From Eledone cirrhosa (taxonomy: Eukaryota): a stretch of 64,000 bases of DNA. The notes beneath the pieces were generated by a model. It did no database searches, was not told where the DNA came from, and worked only from the letters and a program-made list of their open reading frames with translations. Where the stretch lies: positions 45,880,001 through 45,944,000 of the forward strand of contig OZ024741.1 of assembly GCA_964016885.1 (NCBI GenBank), written 5' to 3'. Shown piece by piece: positions 1-15,591 of the stretch. The position numbers and the translations under genes are program-made. Position 1 is the stretch's first letter. Each line of letters starts with the position of its first letter.

Positions 1-322
1 GGTAAGATGACAGAAGCCTACTACCACACCAATAAATTAGTAGTTGGTTTGGCAGGTTTGCTCAACAAATAAATAATTTGGAGATAAATATAGAAAATTT
101 AGTATATCTACTAACATATGCGTACAGATGTACGCTAATGCTAGCAAATACATAAGTTATGTCATAGTACCTAGGTGGTTCAATGCAGGAGGATACAGAA
201 CAATAATATGAAAGACGCAAAATAAGAAAATTTTAAAAAGAATTTAAAAAATTAACTTACTTACTAAAATTTTATATATATATATATATATATATACATA
301 CATACAAACATATATATATATA

Positions 323-392
<70 letters not shown>

Positions 393-1171
393 ATCGTGAA
401 TACATTTGCAAGTACCTGTACTGGAATATAGTTCTTTACGTTTGCAGACCAGGAAAATAATATTATATAAATAGTATAAATATTTACAACTTGATTTATC
501 ACTGAAAAAATGTAATACAGCAGATGAAAATACTATTAGATATAAATTATATCTATCTCTATACCTGTTATATCTTTTTAGAAGAAAAAATAATCGTGAA
601 TACATAAATATATATATATATAAATATATATATATATACAAATGAATATATGATAAGGATAAACACTGATACATATCCCTATCATATATTCATTTGTATT
701 ACACGGCTCAGAAATATACCTTTCTTTGAGCTATTTAATTGTAAAAGACTATTTGAGTTTATAACTCTATATATAATATATATATATATATGTATTTAAC
801 GAAGGAGTTGTGGTAAGGAACCAGATGGGCCATAACGCACCAGAGTACTCAATACTTAGGGTAGTAGAGTGGGTAATAGGAAAATGTATGACCCCGACGG
901 CAGAGCTCAACCGTTTCGACGGCTATTTCTGGACAGCTAAACAGAAAAAAATGAATGGCATAACAACAACACCCAAACAAAGAATACTGACATAAGGAAA
1001 TTAAAATAAATAAATAAATTAATTAATTAATTAATTAATTAATACATACACAAGCACAATAACAACAAACACATATAAACACACACTAGTAAACTAAGAT
1101 AGAATACAATAACCAAAACACAGTCACCCAAACACGAACACACATCAAACACTATACACACACGCAAACGC

Positions 1172-1867
1172 ATGTGTAAAAAAGATAGCCCCGATAATAA
1201 ACACATTAAAAGCTCCAGCAATGTGGAAGATATCCATGTACATAATATGAAAGAGTTCTGGTGGAATGTTCCAGTAAAAACCCCAATAAAATACAGGCAT
1301 AGCAGACCAGATATTATGATATGGGACAGGGAGAAGAAAGCATGCACAGTAGTGAAAATTAGCTGCCCAGCAGATGCCAATATAATATCAAAGATTAGCG
1401 AAAAGGAGAATATTTATACAGAACTGATGAGAAATCTGCAGATACTGCACCCTGAGTATACTTTCAGATTTATGCCTGTGATTATTGGGGCACTGGGGTT
1501 TGTTAGTAACTGCCTCAATACAAATCTTGAGAAGCTAGGCTTCACAGGAACAGAAAGAACACAACTAGTTAGGAAATTACAAGTACAATCCATTAATTGA
1601 ACAGTAAAAATATGTAAAACATTCCAAAGATTTTGCATCTAATAACTGCATATACACATGTACAGATACAAAGCATATACACATGCACACATACAACTCA
1701 AAACATACACATCCACACATACAATAACAGCCATATCTACACATGCATGCATACATAATCTACCTAGATGATGTTGTGTAAATTCCAATAAGAGAGTCTT
1801 GTGTCTATGTTAGAAACCGACTCTCTCTCTCTATTGGGAAGAAATTTGTGAAATTATAAAACCAGAA
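1172..1867 (+). mobile_element. 3' fragment of an RLE-type (R4/Dong/NeSL-like) non-LTR retrotransposon: endonuclease domain plus 3'UTR, followed by (CATA)n
   Basis: ORF 1172-1600 has HSRPDIMIWDREKKACTVVKISCP...KENIY...PVIIGALG, matching the PD-(D/E)xK C-termini of the elements at 55510-55869 and 60200-60541. (CATA)n starts at about 1868. Confidence 0.85.
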
Positions 1868-2936
1868 CATACATACATACATACATACATACATACATAC
1901 ATACATACATGACAGCCCCCTCGTTATCGAGTATGGCCATTGCATGATATACCATTATTAATTAATTCTATCGTCCAATGTCTGTGCGTGAAGATATATT
2001 TTAAAGTGAGGAAAGACTGTTCACTGAGCCAATCCCACTCTCTGAGCTATAACCTGAAAAGAAGAAAAGATCAACATCATCGGTAACTACTGAGCCGCAG
2101 ATTTTATATCGGACTTATCCCAGTTTCCTGAGTTGCCTTCTCCTAGAAGAATGCCCTGAGAAAAGCTAGGGGTCTTTCACTCCCAGTGGTTTAACCGCGC
2201 GATCCGGTGTCCAGCCCGACTATTTCTATGTCCTCGCGCATATACATACACATGTACCCATGTATATACACATATACATATACATACATATGTACATGTG
2301 TATATACATATTTACACACTTTTGGATGGCCGTTGACACTTATGAGTTCTTCCGCCCTTTGTCAGGTTTTATTTTTTGTCCTGCAGAGTGTCCAAAATCA
2401 CCCTCCTCACCAAGTAAACTTGGTGGGGTTGCCGGTTTAGTCGCCTACGACCCGACTATGCGACAGGTCGTACTAGGTTACATGTTACCAGTAGCACTCA
2501 AGAGTGACCCGACATATACATACATACAAATATATATAGTATGTATCTTCATTCATCTCTCTTATCCTCGTTCATTAAATAAAGAAATCATTATTATTAT
2601 GCTATATAATTCCAGTTTTATAGTTTTCAGCAGGGTTTTTTTCGTTATTCGTACTTTAATTTTCTTTAGAAGAAAATGAAATCGTTAATTGGTCACTCAA
2701 GAGACAAGAGAAATGCAAGTTTTTCACATTGAACTAAACTGTCAGTAAAATTACATTTTTAATTCAAACTTTTCAATATATTTAGATTTCTTCCATTTAT
2801 GTTTGACTCTCATGCAAATATCATCATCATCATCATCATTATCATCATATACTCGCATATATTCGTATATATACACACGCAAGCATGTACATAAATACGC
2901 ATAAACATTCAATATTCATATGTACATGCGCATACA

Positions 2937-2977
<41 letters not shown>

Positions 2978-3065
2978 ATACTTTGGAAGGGTTATGTTTT
3001 ATACATTTTAGGCATACAAGCTAACATTACCTCGGATTTTTTTTTTGGGGGGGGGGGGGGGGGGT

Positions 3066-3570
3066 CTGTTTAAGATTCGTTCGTTGAAGTAAAGAATTTC
3101 CAGGGCTTTAGCAGCGCAAAGATGATTACATGGTATTTTATTTCCATTATAGGATCTAGCTTTAGCTAAGATCTCCCATTGTAAACTATATCGGTTGTTA
3201 TTGTCTTTTAACCTCCAGATATAGGCTGGAAGTGAAGTCATATTCCTTCTCAAATTGTTTTGAAATGAATGAGAGAGTGCTTTATAGATGCTGCTTAAAT
3301 CTATTGGCAGTTAACCCTGTGTAAGCCTTACTAATAGTGGGTGTATCAACCTTACATTTGTTAACTATATTGCTTGATAGTCATTTCCTGGCTAGAGCGG
3401 AGTAGTCCCTATTGATACAATTGCAGCTGGAACTAACTTCAGGGGTGTTTATATTATTACGCCTAGGTAATTTAGCTAGGTTAGATGCAATGATGTGTAC
3501 GAGGCTGGGAGTTGTGAAATAGGATAGTTTAACTGTGTTTCTATTAAAAAATCTTGTGATATGTATGTGC
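3066..3570 (-). mobile_element. Penelope-like element fragment (GIY-YIG C-terminus), decayed
   Basis: Minus-strand translations give KIFNRNTVKLSY and TSLPAYIWRLKDNNNRYSLQWEILAKARSY...CxxLC, homologous to the Penelope ORF at 18551-18952. Confidence 0.8.
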
Positions 3571-3571
3571 T

Positions 3572-5457
3572 ATGGGGAAATGCTTCCTAATTAAAATAAG
3601 AAAGGCTTTAGAAATGCTGGAGAGAAAGAAAATGAGAAATATACCATGGGTCACTGATTACATCTTGGACCTATGTAATTTAAGACGTGACTTGAGGAAG
3701 ACCAAACTGACAGATCAGGAGGCAAGACAACAATACAACGCTGTGAATAGGAAGGTCAGGGAGTAAAAATGAAGGAAGCCAAGAGATGTGGGTATTAGAC
3801 TAGGGCAAAGCCATCGAAGCTGGAATAAAAGAAAAAGGGCAACAGCATGGCTGCTTATGAAAGCCTCAACATGTTAACAAAAGAAAAGCAACACACCACC
3901 AATGCCATTGTGAACAAAACTGGCTTGCTCCGCACAGACGAGGCTCATGTCATCAAAAATGGCCTGAGTATTGCGAAGACCTTTATAACCACAATCTCAG
4001 ACATGACATCAGCATCCTGGACATTTCCACCAATAGGAACAATGAGATTGAGGTTATTCCAGTTCTCCGGGAGGAGATTGGAGAGGCGCTGTATATGTTT
4101 TAAAATGGTTAATCTCCTGGATTCGACAACATTCCATCAAAGCTCCTAAAGCATGGCGGGCCTAAAGTTATTAAGGCACTGACAGTTACCTGCCAGATGA
4201 TATGGGAAACAAAGAACTGGCCAAAGGAGTGGACCCAATCACTGATGATACACCCCCACCCTCACCCTCACCCCCCAAGAAAAAACGGAAACATATGTCT
4301 CTGCCAGAATTACAGAACAATCAGACTAATTAGCCACCCCAGGAAAATACTGCTAGGAGTTCATCTAAACAAACTTAAGGGAAAAACAGAAGAAATCCTG
4401 ACAGAAGAACAGACAAGATTCAGGCCATAAGAAGTACAACAGAGCAGATATTTAACATCAGACTGCTCACTGCGAAACACCTGCAGCACTTATCTGACTT
4501 CTATCATAACTTCATTGACTTTTAAAAAGCCTTTAACCGTGTCTGGCATGAGTTCATGGAAGGTGATGAAGGATTACAACTTTGACATCAATCTCATTGA
4601 AATAATTAAAGTACTATATGTTAACTCAAACAATGCAGTTCTCCGGAATAATAACACTGGAGAATTCTTCGGGACAACAGTGGGAGTTCAACAAAGGTGT
4701 ATTGTTTCTCCAGTGTTTTTCAACATCTTCCGAGAAAACATCATGCCGGAGATTCTCCAAGACCTGCACATCTCAATTTCCATTGGAGCATGACCCATTT
4801 CCTATCTGCGATATTCTGATGACATTGACTTGTTAGGAAGCAGTGAAGCAGAACTGCAGGAACATACTACCAGACTGGAAAACGTATCAAGAGCATATGG
4901 AATGGAGATCAGCTCAGAAAAGAGCAGGATCTGGTAAATCTGAACGTCATATGGAGAAGCAACTCCATCAGTTCCAAACGAAGCTCAAACTGTAAAAGTC
5001 CTTCGTGATTTCTATCTTTTTGTATGGGTGTGAGTGTTGGACTCTCAGAGCTAACATGGAACGAAGAATCTAGTCATTTAAGAAAATGTGATTCAGAAGG
5101 ATACTACACATCCCATAGAGCACAAAACAAACGGGTGTGTCAGGTAGCAAGTTAGCAAAATTGCTGGCAAATAGGAACCACTGCTTGCGAGAGTGAAAAG
5201 AAGAAAGCTTGTCTGGTATGGTAATATATTCTGCAACAATTCATTGTCCAAAACCATCCTTCAGAGTACATTCGAGGGAGGGCGAAGAAGAGGCAGACAC
5301 AGGAAATCTAACAACATCAAAGACTGGACTGGTCACAACACCGAGACCCTTCTACTCATGACGGAGAATAGAAACCAATGACGACAACTGACTGCAACAG
5401 TGTATAGAGTGGCGCCCCAACGATTGGCTACACCAGTAGCATGATCATGATGATGAT
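3572..5457 (+). mobile_element. RTE-clade LINE remnant (RT pseudogene)
   Basis: Fragments WPKEWTQSL, CQNYRTIRLISH, GVQQRCIVSPVFFNIF, LRYSDDID and EGGRRRGR, with many stops and frameshifts. Ends in a (GAT)n-type tail. Confidence 0.85.
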
Positions 5458-5464
5458 ATATATA

Positions 5465-5625
5465 CGACGTTGTTTGTCCTGGAGTTACCGTCAACCATAT
5501 TTCAATTACAAAGCACTGACTTACACGAAGCTATAGTACAAGACACTTTCCCTTCCCAAGTTTCTATGAAGTGGGGCAAACCCGAAGATATGTGTGTGTG
5601 AACTGATTTCCATAACCACACACCA
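5465..5625 (-). mobile_element. tRNA-derived SINE, degenerate
   Basis: Minus strand reads GTGTGGTT...GGGTTTGCCCCAC...TTGGG..AAGTGTCTTGTACTATAGC, similar to the copy at 42953-43068. It resembles cephalopod SINEs, recognised from memory. Confidence 0.55.
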
Positions 5626-6454
5626 CTTATACATCTTTTACAGCATGTTATTGAACATGCTTCCATGTCAGGCATTCATCGGTGAAATTAATACCATGAC
5701 TGATCGGAATCAATAAACGGAATAATTAGATTTAATGTAGAATATAATTCTAATCAAGATTCTGTGTGTTTAAATTGATTGATTGAATGAATATTGCGTT
5801 TGCATGAAAGTTGTGTATTTATTTTATTTTATTTTATTTATTTACTTTCTAAACCGGAATTCACTGCATGGCATAGGCAGTCAACAGCATTAATAACCAA
5901 CGTTAGGAATTGATTTATTAATCAATCATGTGAAAGACCTTCTTACTAAATATGAGAGTTTGTCGATAGCTCAAAATTAGTAATTTGTTAGAACATATTT
6001 TAACCATTGTTGCTCATATTTTAATGTCAAGACATATGACATTGCTTTAGTTACATGTTATGTGAAAAGCCTTCTTATCAAATATGAGAGGTTGTTGATA
6101 GATCAATCCAAATAATTTGCTCGAACATATACGATATAATTGCATGGCCCTCACTGTTACACAGATGAACTTAAAGATTGGTATCAACGCTATATGGTGC
6201 ATATGTTAAAAAATAACATCATAACTTAAACTGTTTTTTTTCCAAATGCCCTTTTCCCACGAACGTTTTGCAGCACCCTCGTATTTACAATCGTTGACCA
6301 AATTTCAATGTAGCACTGCTCAAGATACATTTGGATCAGATTATTCCGGTTATGTAAATCCAATACCATTTTCAAGGTTTTTAGTAATAGTAAACCGGAA
6401 AGGCTGAAATTTCTTTTAAAATTCTGTACTGTGAAAATAACAGAACCATCAATT

Positions 6455-6560
6455 AGGGTGTGATATAAAATGCCTTGCAATATTCGTTGATTCTCGGCGT
6501 CATTGAGGTTAACTTTGGCTTTCATCCTTTCAATGTCGATAGATTGAGGTACCGATCTAG
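6455..6560 (+). mobile_element. SINE central-domain fragment
   Basis: GAGGTTAACTTTGGCTTTCATCCTTTCAATGTCGATAGATTGAGGTACC is the reverse complement of the motif at 47743-47800. Confidence 0.55.
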
Positions 6561-6675
6561 AATAGTCGAATACCGAAACAGTTACAACGTCAAAAACACT
6601 TACGGTATAACTTCTAGCTCTATGTTCGAAGTTCAAACATCGCTGTGGCTCTGCTTGGGGAATATAACCCGTCAA

Positions 6676-6677
<2 letters not shown>

Positions 6678-6709
<32 letters not shown>

Positions 6710-6727
6710 TGCTGTTGTTGTTGTTGT

Positions 6728-6810
<83 letters not shown>

Positions 6811-6837
6811 CAGCAGCAGTAGCAGCAGCGGTAGTAG
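6678..6837. repeat. Compound (GTA)n/(GTT)n/(ATT)n/(GCA)n microsatellite
   Basis: Directly visible trinucleotide runs. Confidence 0.95.
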
Positions 6838-6919
6838 AAATATACGTAACGAATGTTATAAGCAAGTTCAATATATTATACATACATTTGTATACATGAT
6901 ATAATATATGCATGTATTT

Positions 6920-7200
6920 AGAAACACTGGATGGAGAAAGACCAAGACTCGAGCTTTACTGTAGCATTGGCTTAGAGCAGAAGAGTTAAGGCTAAAAAGA
7001 TATAGATGCTGAATTTGCTGACGACATAGTTCTGGTGACAAACATAGTGAAGGAGGCAGAGGAGTTGATGCAGGCGGTGGAGACTGTCTCGATGAGTGTG
7101 GAGCTGAGAATGAATGAGACTAAGACAATGTATCTGGTAGAGAATATTAAGATGCCAGAGAAAATTATGAATGTAGGTGTGAAGCCGCTAGAATTTTTAA
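6920..7200 (+). mobile_element. Short LINE RT fragment
   Basis: Translates EFADDIVLVT...ELRMNETKTMY, covering RT motif C and the following motif. Confidence 0.6.
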
Positions 7201-7680
7201 ATATTTGCAGGTGTCCCTGTCCATAAATTCCAGTTGGTTAGTTTCGTCACATATTTTCTGACCTCCTGTCATACACCATCTTGTTTTTGTGAGCTTGGGT
7301 TGCGCATATGTTATATCCGGGGGAGTGAGTGATTTGTTTATTAATTTATACGTTTATTTCCTTGTCACTTTTATCAGTTTGGTTCTTGTGTGTCACTATA
7401 TGGCATTATCTTGTCCTTAGTTACTAACTCTGACGTTGTTGCTATTCCACTCATGTTTCCTGTTTAGTTTCGGATGGAGTTTGTATGTTTGTCGCTTCTG
7501 CAATCTGTCGGAGCATTCCATCATTTTCTGTGTGCATATGTTTATTTCTATGTTCTCTAGTGTGCCCCATGATCCATTCTGGCAGGGTGGCAGCGTGACA
7601 CCCACAAAGTATATATATATATATACACCAGACATACAAATATGTCTCTCTGTGTGTGTCTGTGTGTATATATATATATA

Positions 7681-10600
7681 CTAGTAGATGTACCCGGCGT
7701 TGTTCGGGAAATGAATGACAGCCTGTTTGTCCGTATAAAGAGAGCGAAAGGTTGAGCAAAGAATTGAAATGTAATTGTAAAAAAAAAAAGTTTAACAAAA
7801 CGGGTGTACAGTGACATGATTGAGTGAAATAAACAGCAACATAAAAACAATTCATGGGGTAGCTTGTGTTAATTGACGTGAATGAGTTCAGGTCCGGCCT
7901 TGCTGTAGTAGGTATGAGTAAGGGGATAAAGATGGAATAGACGAACCATATGTCCTTCAGTAGACTAAACCCTATGCGTAAGATGGCGCTGCCACTACCA
8001 TGTTAACCACCCACTGGACATAGGAATATCATTCCTTGAAGCAACTATTCCCCCTCAACGCCTGAATACACGATGAGAATGAGCAAAAAGGTTAAGTTAA
8101 TCAAACCGAAGACACTGTTGCCGAGAATGTTGCTGCACGATTTTCAGAGACCATAGCTAGTCAAACTGCTAGGTTAGGGGGTAAATGCCAAGTAAGCAAT
8201 GGCATAGAATGCATTTTAAGGCAATCATTTTCGCAATGGTCATTGTTGTAACATAAAAAGGTTTTATATAATGAACTAAGAAGCAGAAAGAAGAACTCTG
8301 CCTGCCCTAACTGATATTCCAACCGGCTTCATGTTAATAACATGGTAATTGTGACATGCCTAAAATGCTATCCGGTTCTATCCGGTCATGTATGTGTGCT
8401 AGTCATGAGTGCCTGGGTGTGTTTGTTGTGAGTGTGAAGGACCGAAAACCAAACAAACGGCATGCATCGGTTTCTATAGAACCTCATGATAGACGATGTT
8501 CTTTGTTTTACCCTTGGGAAAAAAGGCAAAGATATTGTCCCGACTCCCGACTCTGGAGCATGCAACGTATAATTGGCCATGTGAGAAACATGGCTCTTCC
8601 AGGTGAAGACCTGCCAACGAAAGTGTCTGGCCCTGGGACTTATTGACGGACATTGCAAAGCACATACGAAGCGGAAATTGTAATCGCCTGAAAGTGAAAG
8701 GATGCAGTCAGGTGGACCCTGGGTATTAGTGCATCCTCTCCCTTTCCACACCCAGTGAGAATTGAGGCCTCTATCAGGCACGGAGACATCTTTTTGACCA
8801 CCAGGCACGTGCCATTACAGAGTTGTGGTGGGGTTTGATTCCTCAAAAGCATCACGGGGCTTCCCTCTTTCAGCTTTAATATGTGGGGAGGTAGTCCCGG
8901 AGGATTCAAGGAGTTAAGAAATTCAGTGGGGTAATTCACTGCCTCCTGCGGATCTGGGACAATATCAACGGATTTAAATGTGTGAAGCTCACCAGGAAGG
9001 CACTGCAGTAACTGGTCATTGATTTCACTGACAGTGCTATTTTTCGGAGCCAGGATGGCTCTTTCACATAGCCAACGCTGGTCTCTGAAGTTTTCCTGTA
9101 GATTGGGGAAAACTCTTCCCTCAGGTCAGCCACAGTTGTAACAGTAGTGCAAAGGTGGTCGATGAGTATGTCGCCATGTGCATCCATAGTAATCCTGCTA
9201 TCGCCTTGTGCAAGGAGGTCCTGAGCAAATTTTTCTGAAGAAGTGTCGCCGTGCTGCTGTGTCCGCATATTCGTAGACAGCCTCAAAGGTTTTACATGCT
9301 GCCAAAGTGAAGAAGTCTTTAGGCAGGCGCGTACCTCATCGGCTCGCGTTCCTTTGGGTATGACGGGAAGAGTTTGTCTGAAGTCTCCTGACAGTAGCAG
9401 AGTAACACCTCCCATGGGATCTTCACAATCCTTGATATCTCGTAAGGTCCTATCAAGTGCATCGAGAGCACCTTTGTGTGCCATTTTGCATACATCCCAC
9501 ACAATGAAGTTGCACCTCCTCAGCAGTTGTCCTCTATCGGATTTTTAGCAATGTTGCATGATGGAGTTTCTGAGGAGGCTAAATTTAGGGGAAGTGTAAA
9601 AGAGGAGTGTGCTGTCCTGCCACCAGGCAGCAATGTTGCAGCAATACCAGATGATGCTACTGCTAGCGCGATTTTTTTTCTGCTGCCTTAAATTAGCGAG
9701 CAGTAGTTTAATAACAAACGTTTTTCCAGTCCCTCCGGGAGCATCCAGGAAGAAGATGCACCCTTTCCGAAGAAGTACGGAATCAGAGATAGTGTTGTAC
9801 GCGAGTAGCTGGTCCAGAAGTAGTTTTGGCATAGTATCATCGACGTATTTTGCGAAGGCGACAACGTCATATGACGTTTCTCGGATGATGTCAGTGGGGA
9901 GTTTATTTGAATCCGATCGTAGGGTTTGCGGCAGGCCATATATCGGTAAAGTATCCCCCCCCCCCCCCATGCATATTAATCGGTCTTCTAAACTAATAAG
10001 TGCCCTATTGTAGACATCATCGCAGAAGCCTACGTCAACATTTGGAAGCAGTAGCTGGGCCTGGTATCTGAAGTTCTCAGACATGTCGTTTCTATATTTT
10101 AACCACAAAGAATCAGGATCAGGCAAATCGCACGCGTGCAGCATAAGTGCGAATAACTTTCTGAGACAGCCAGCTGTATGTGATACAGCAGCCTCGGCCA
10201 AAGCGCCATCCTCAAGTAGGCTGTATTTCAAACATGCTTCCCTGTATGTAGTGCATAATTGGCCATCAACAGTTCTGAGGCTGAGGAAACTTGTAGGCCC
10301 TCTAACCTCATGTAAAAGCAGGAGCAGGTAGAAGCTCTCGTGCTGGTTAGGGTGAACCATATAAACTCTCCCCAGGCAAGAGTCAAATCGGATGCCGGGG
10401 TGTCCATCAACATGCTGGCCTGCCTTTCTCCGTGTCCATGATTTTTTGTTCCAGGTGTAATATGATGGCACCTGTGGATATAGCAGCATTCGAGCAAACT
10501 GGTCTTGCTGGCAGAGCCTAAATAACGCTGTGAGTGTTGTTTCCCGCGGCTCATCTGCAAGTTGAAAAGCATTGTTATTGTTAAAATAAACACGTTGCCC

Positions 10601-12620
10601 ATTCTCAAGGTGAACCGCAAGCTTTTCAATTGGAGGATGCCTCTGATGTATGGGAAAACCAATAATCCGCCAGAAGGCCTCGTTGCTGCTGATGTATCGC
10701 CCCACCTGATAGTGCGTAACTTCATCGCGGAGGATTCATTATGAAAGGCGAACATAACAGCATCTAAGCCCTTGTTGACATACTTGAAGACATACTTGGA
10801 CTTAATGGAATTGCAGAACTCAACATTGATATGGGCATTGAATGTCTTAAGGAGGAATGGACAGTAAGGTAGAATCCATCTGTTGTCCACCTCGAAGTTA
10901 CCAACCTTTGCAGTAACCCCCCCCCCCATCCTCAGGACTTCTTCTTCGGTATGATGGATACCCATCATGATCGGTCTGGGTTTCTAGAATGAACTTTCTG
11001 GGGTATCTTTTGGAGTACCCATTGTCCTTCATACATGGGGAGGACAAATTGAAGCCACGCCCACACGGACCATGCACCATGTGTGTCTTAACCTGAATGT
11101 AGAGTTCCCTATCAGTTGATGGGTCGGGAAACTCTGCCGATATAATTCTGTTGATGTCATTAGATGTAATCTTTGCCGTTAACCAAATCAAGATGTGTGC
11201 ATGTGGCAGACCTCTTTTTTGCCATTCAATTGTATACACGTCACACTTTGTAGGTCCAAATACATGTCCTGTTTTAATAAGGTACATGGGTTTAATTAAT
11301 CGAAGCCTAAATACTCTTCCTGTGAGATCATGCCTGTTTTTTGGCCTTTTGACCAAGAAAAATTCATTCTTGATCTCAGTAATAAATAAATCCGGTCTGC
11401 CATAAGCACACATACACATATGTCATGGCGTCCAGCGTTCTTTCATGCATATATCTGGGGCTCCCGGTGAAAGATGAGGGCAGTATGCACACTTGACCTA
11501 GGCTTCACGGATCTGTATCACCGTGTTTGGCGACGTAAAGGTCGTTCCTCATTCTAAGCAGCTCGTGCGGCTGCAGCTGCGGTGGCATCCCGTGTTTGGC
11601 GACGTAAACGTTGTTCCTCATTCTCTGCAACTTGTGCTATGTTTTCTGACTGACTTATTTCATGATCAATCCTTGCCTTCTTCGTCTGATATTTGGTCGA
11701 CTGCCGCCCAATTGAAGGTTTTCTCTTTGTAGGCATTATCTCGCGGAGTACCAAACTGTTGTCCTAAGTGGGGAAAATAGCAATAACTTGAGAAGTTTAA
11801 ACTTAGCTGTTATGCATTGAGAACGATAATTTAGAGGTTAGTAAAATTACTAACCTCTAAATTATCGAAGAAGAAAAGGTTTAATAGTAGAAGCACACAG
11901 TATTCAGAGATTCGCAATGTCAACTTAAATTGAGAGTACTGCTAAAGTGCATTTTACGCCCGCATTAATGTACGGGGAGTGGAAAATTTAATCGTTTTAA
12001 CTCCTGCGAAGCATATAGTATTTATTATTGGCATTAATATACGGTGGGCGTAAGGCAAATATAGATGGTAGTTTGGTAAAATTAACACAGGAATAACATC
12101 AACAACGGACCAGAAAGCTTCAAAATACTCGTACAGTTGATCGAGTAACGTCGTGCTATGAAACGTATTTCTCACAAGAATATGCACGGTATATGTTCAG
12201 TCATGTTGACTAATGTTAGATGCGTAGTCCAATTAGAAATCGCGACCTTCAATCGGGCGAATTGTTCAAGGTCGTTTATGGCTTAGTTAGCAATTTCTGA
12301 GTGCATGTCAGCTTATGTCAGCTAATTGGCTAGCCAATGAGAGGTCGCCTCAATAGCACGTGCCAAATCAGCCTAGTACTTCAAAAGTTAAAAGGAGCCT
12401 TGTATTTGTACACAGACAGATACACACACAAAATCGATTTTCGGACCCAATATCCTTTTTTCAAATTTGTTTTTGTCCAAAACCTGCTCTGGCATATAAG
12501 CAACATGTGTGCCGAATTTGGTTGAAATCGGCCTAGTACTTCAAAAGTTAAAAGGAGCCTAGTATTTGTACACAGACAGACAGACACACACACAGACCGA
12601 CTCGCTTTTATATATATAGA
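7681..12620 (-). mobile_element. Helitron with both termini and a disrupted RepHel gene
   Basis: Minus-strand 5' end is A|TCTATATATATAAAAGCG at 12620. The 3' end is a CCCGAACAACGCCGGG hairpin followed by CTAG|T at 7681. It is inserted in an AT dinucleotide with no TSD. Confidence 0.9.
8474..11754 (-). pseudogene. Helitron Rep/PIF1-like helicase (RepHel), frameshifted and internally deleted
   Basis: HUH motif EWQKRGLPHAHILIW, Y2 motif KYVFKYVNKG, Walker A DAPGGTGKT, GDFRQTLPV, NKSQGQTL and FSHGQLYVACSRV are spread over several frames. Confidence 0.92.
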
Positions 12621-14340
<1,720 letters not shown>

Positions 14341-15452
14341 CCCTCAGGATATTACCTTTCTTTTGTGATTTTTTCGTTGTTAATGCTGCTGTTGTTACTG
14401 TTGTTGTAGCCATTTTTAATAGTCATCAAAAGATGTTAGCATCAAACAGGAGAAAAAAATTAAATGCCATCTACTACTTCATTGAATATGATGCGATAAT
14501 GATTGTTTTGTTAACAGAATACTCGTCTAGCTCATTTGAAAATAGGTAAATGGACATTAAAGTGATGATGTGTAGACAATGAGGTATGTTTCATTTGGGT
14601 TGGAATCGATTTTCTTTTAATGAATAGTTAATATATAGAAAGTAAAACGAAAATTAAAGAAAAACAATTATAACAGAAAAAAAGTATTCTATTTGAATTT
14701 GTCGCTGAGATGGCTTTGAATATAGTTTCAGTTTAGTGAGTTAGTTTGAAACGGAGCAGGAGAATAACTATGGTGAAAGAATCAGAATATAATGTTGTTT
14801 GAGGTGGAAGGAAAGAGTGATGTGTGAATGTAGTCATTAATAAATATAAAGTAAGCACAGATACATCAATATCCCAATATATTGGCATATATCGATTATA
14901 TTTTTCTGCAATTATTCTTTGAAATGAAAGCATCGAAAAAAGTAAATAAACGTTAGTTAGTAGACTATATAATTATAATTCTTTGAACAAAAACAAAAGA
15001 AAAGAATAAAAAGATATCGAAGTAGCAGACAACTGGAGGCGAGCGAATCTAAGATATGTATATATATGAAAACAATGTCTACAGTCATTTCGGAATAATT
15101 TACTAAAGTCTGGATTTGACTTACATCTCTTTTGTGGTGTCTTCCATTTGTATTAAAATGACATTCACATAACCCTCTTTATGGGTTTAGAAAAGCTTAA
15201 AAAATTGATTAATTTAAAACTATCTTTACTATATTACTAATGAAAAACTTTCTTTTTTATCAGTTGGTGTTTGATGAATAACTTAACGACGAAGTCAAAT
15301 ACCGATTCCTGAACGACCGCTTCCTCTTTGTACCTGTTTCAGTCGAGACTTATTACGTCCTTGGTCCTCCACACTGCTTATTGCCTCCCTAAACTCAAAG
15401 AAATCGACCCATTTGATTAGGGAACCCTCTGAATATATGAAGATATACAAAT

Positions 15453-15528
<76 letters not shown>

Positions 15529-15540
15529 TTAATATAGAAG

Positions 15541-15591
15541 AGATTCTACAGGACTAGAACTGTTTCATTCTTTAGAAATCATCAGGAATCT
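15541..15591 (-). ncRNA. Type I hammerhead ribozyme motif in a Penelope pLTR-like context
   Basis: Minus strand: AGAUUC-CUGAUGA-UUUC(UAAA)GAAU-GAAA-CAG(UUCUAGUC)CUG-UA/-GAAUCU. Stem I is 6 bp and stem III is 3+1 bp. The first pair of stem II is a U-U mismatch. Confidence 0.7.

Noticed and set aside
2320-2512. GC-rich hairpin-forming repeat considered as an HDV-like ribozyme
   Set aside because: Several stems are visible, but I could not build a complete P1-P2-P3-L3-P4 fold on either strand.
6226-6675. 149-aa minus-strand ORF as a possible host exon
   Set aside because: It overlaps SINE sequence and a mariner-like TIR remnant, and has no recognisable domain.
14733-14933. Possible exon (KYNRYMPIYWDID after TTGCAG)
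   Set aside because: It is short, has no convincing homology and has no partner exons.
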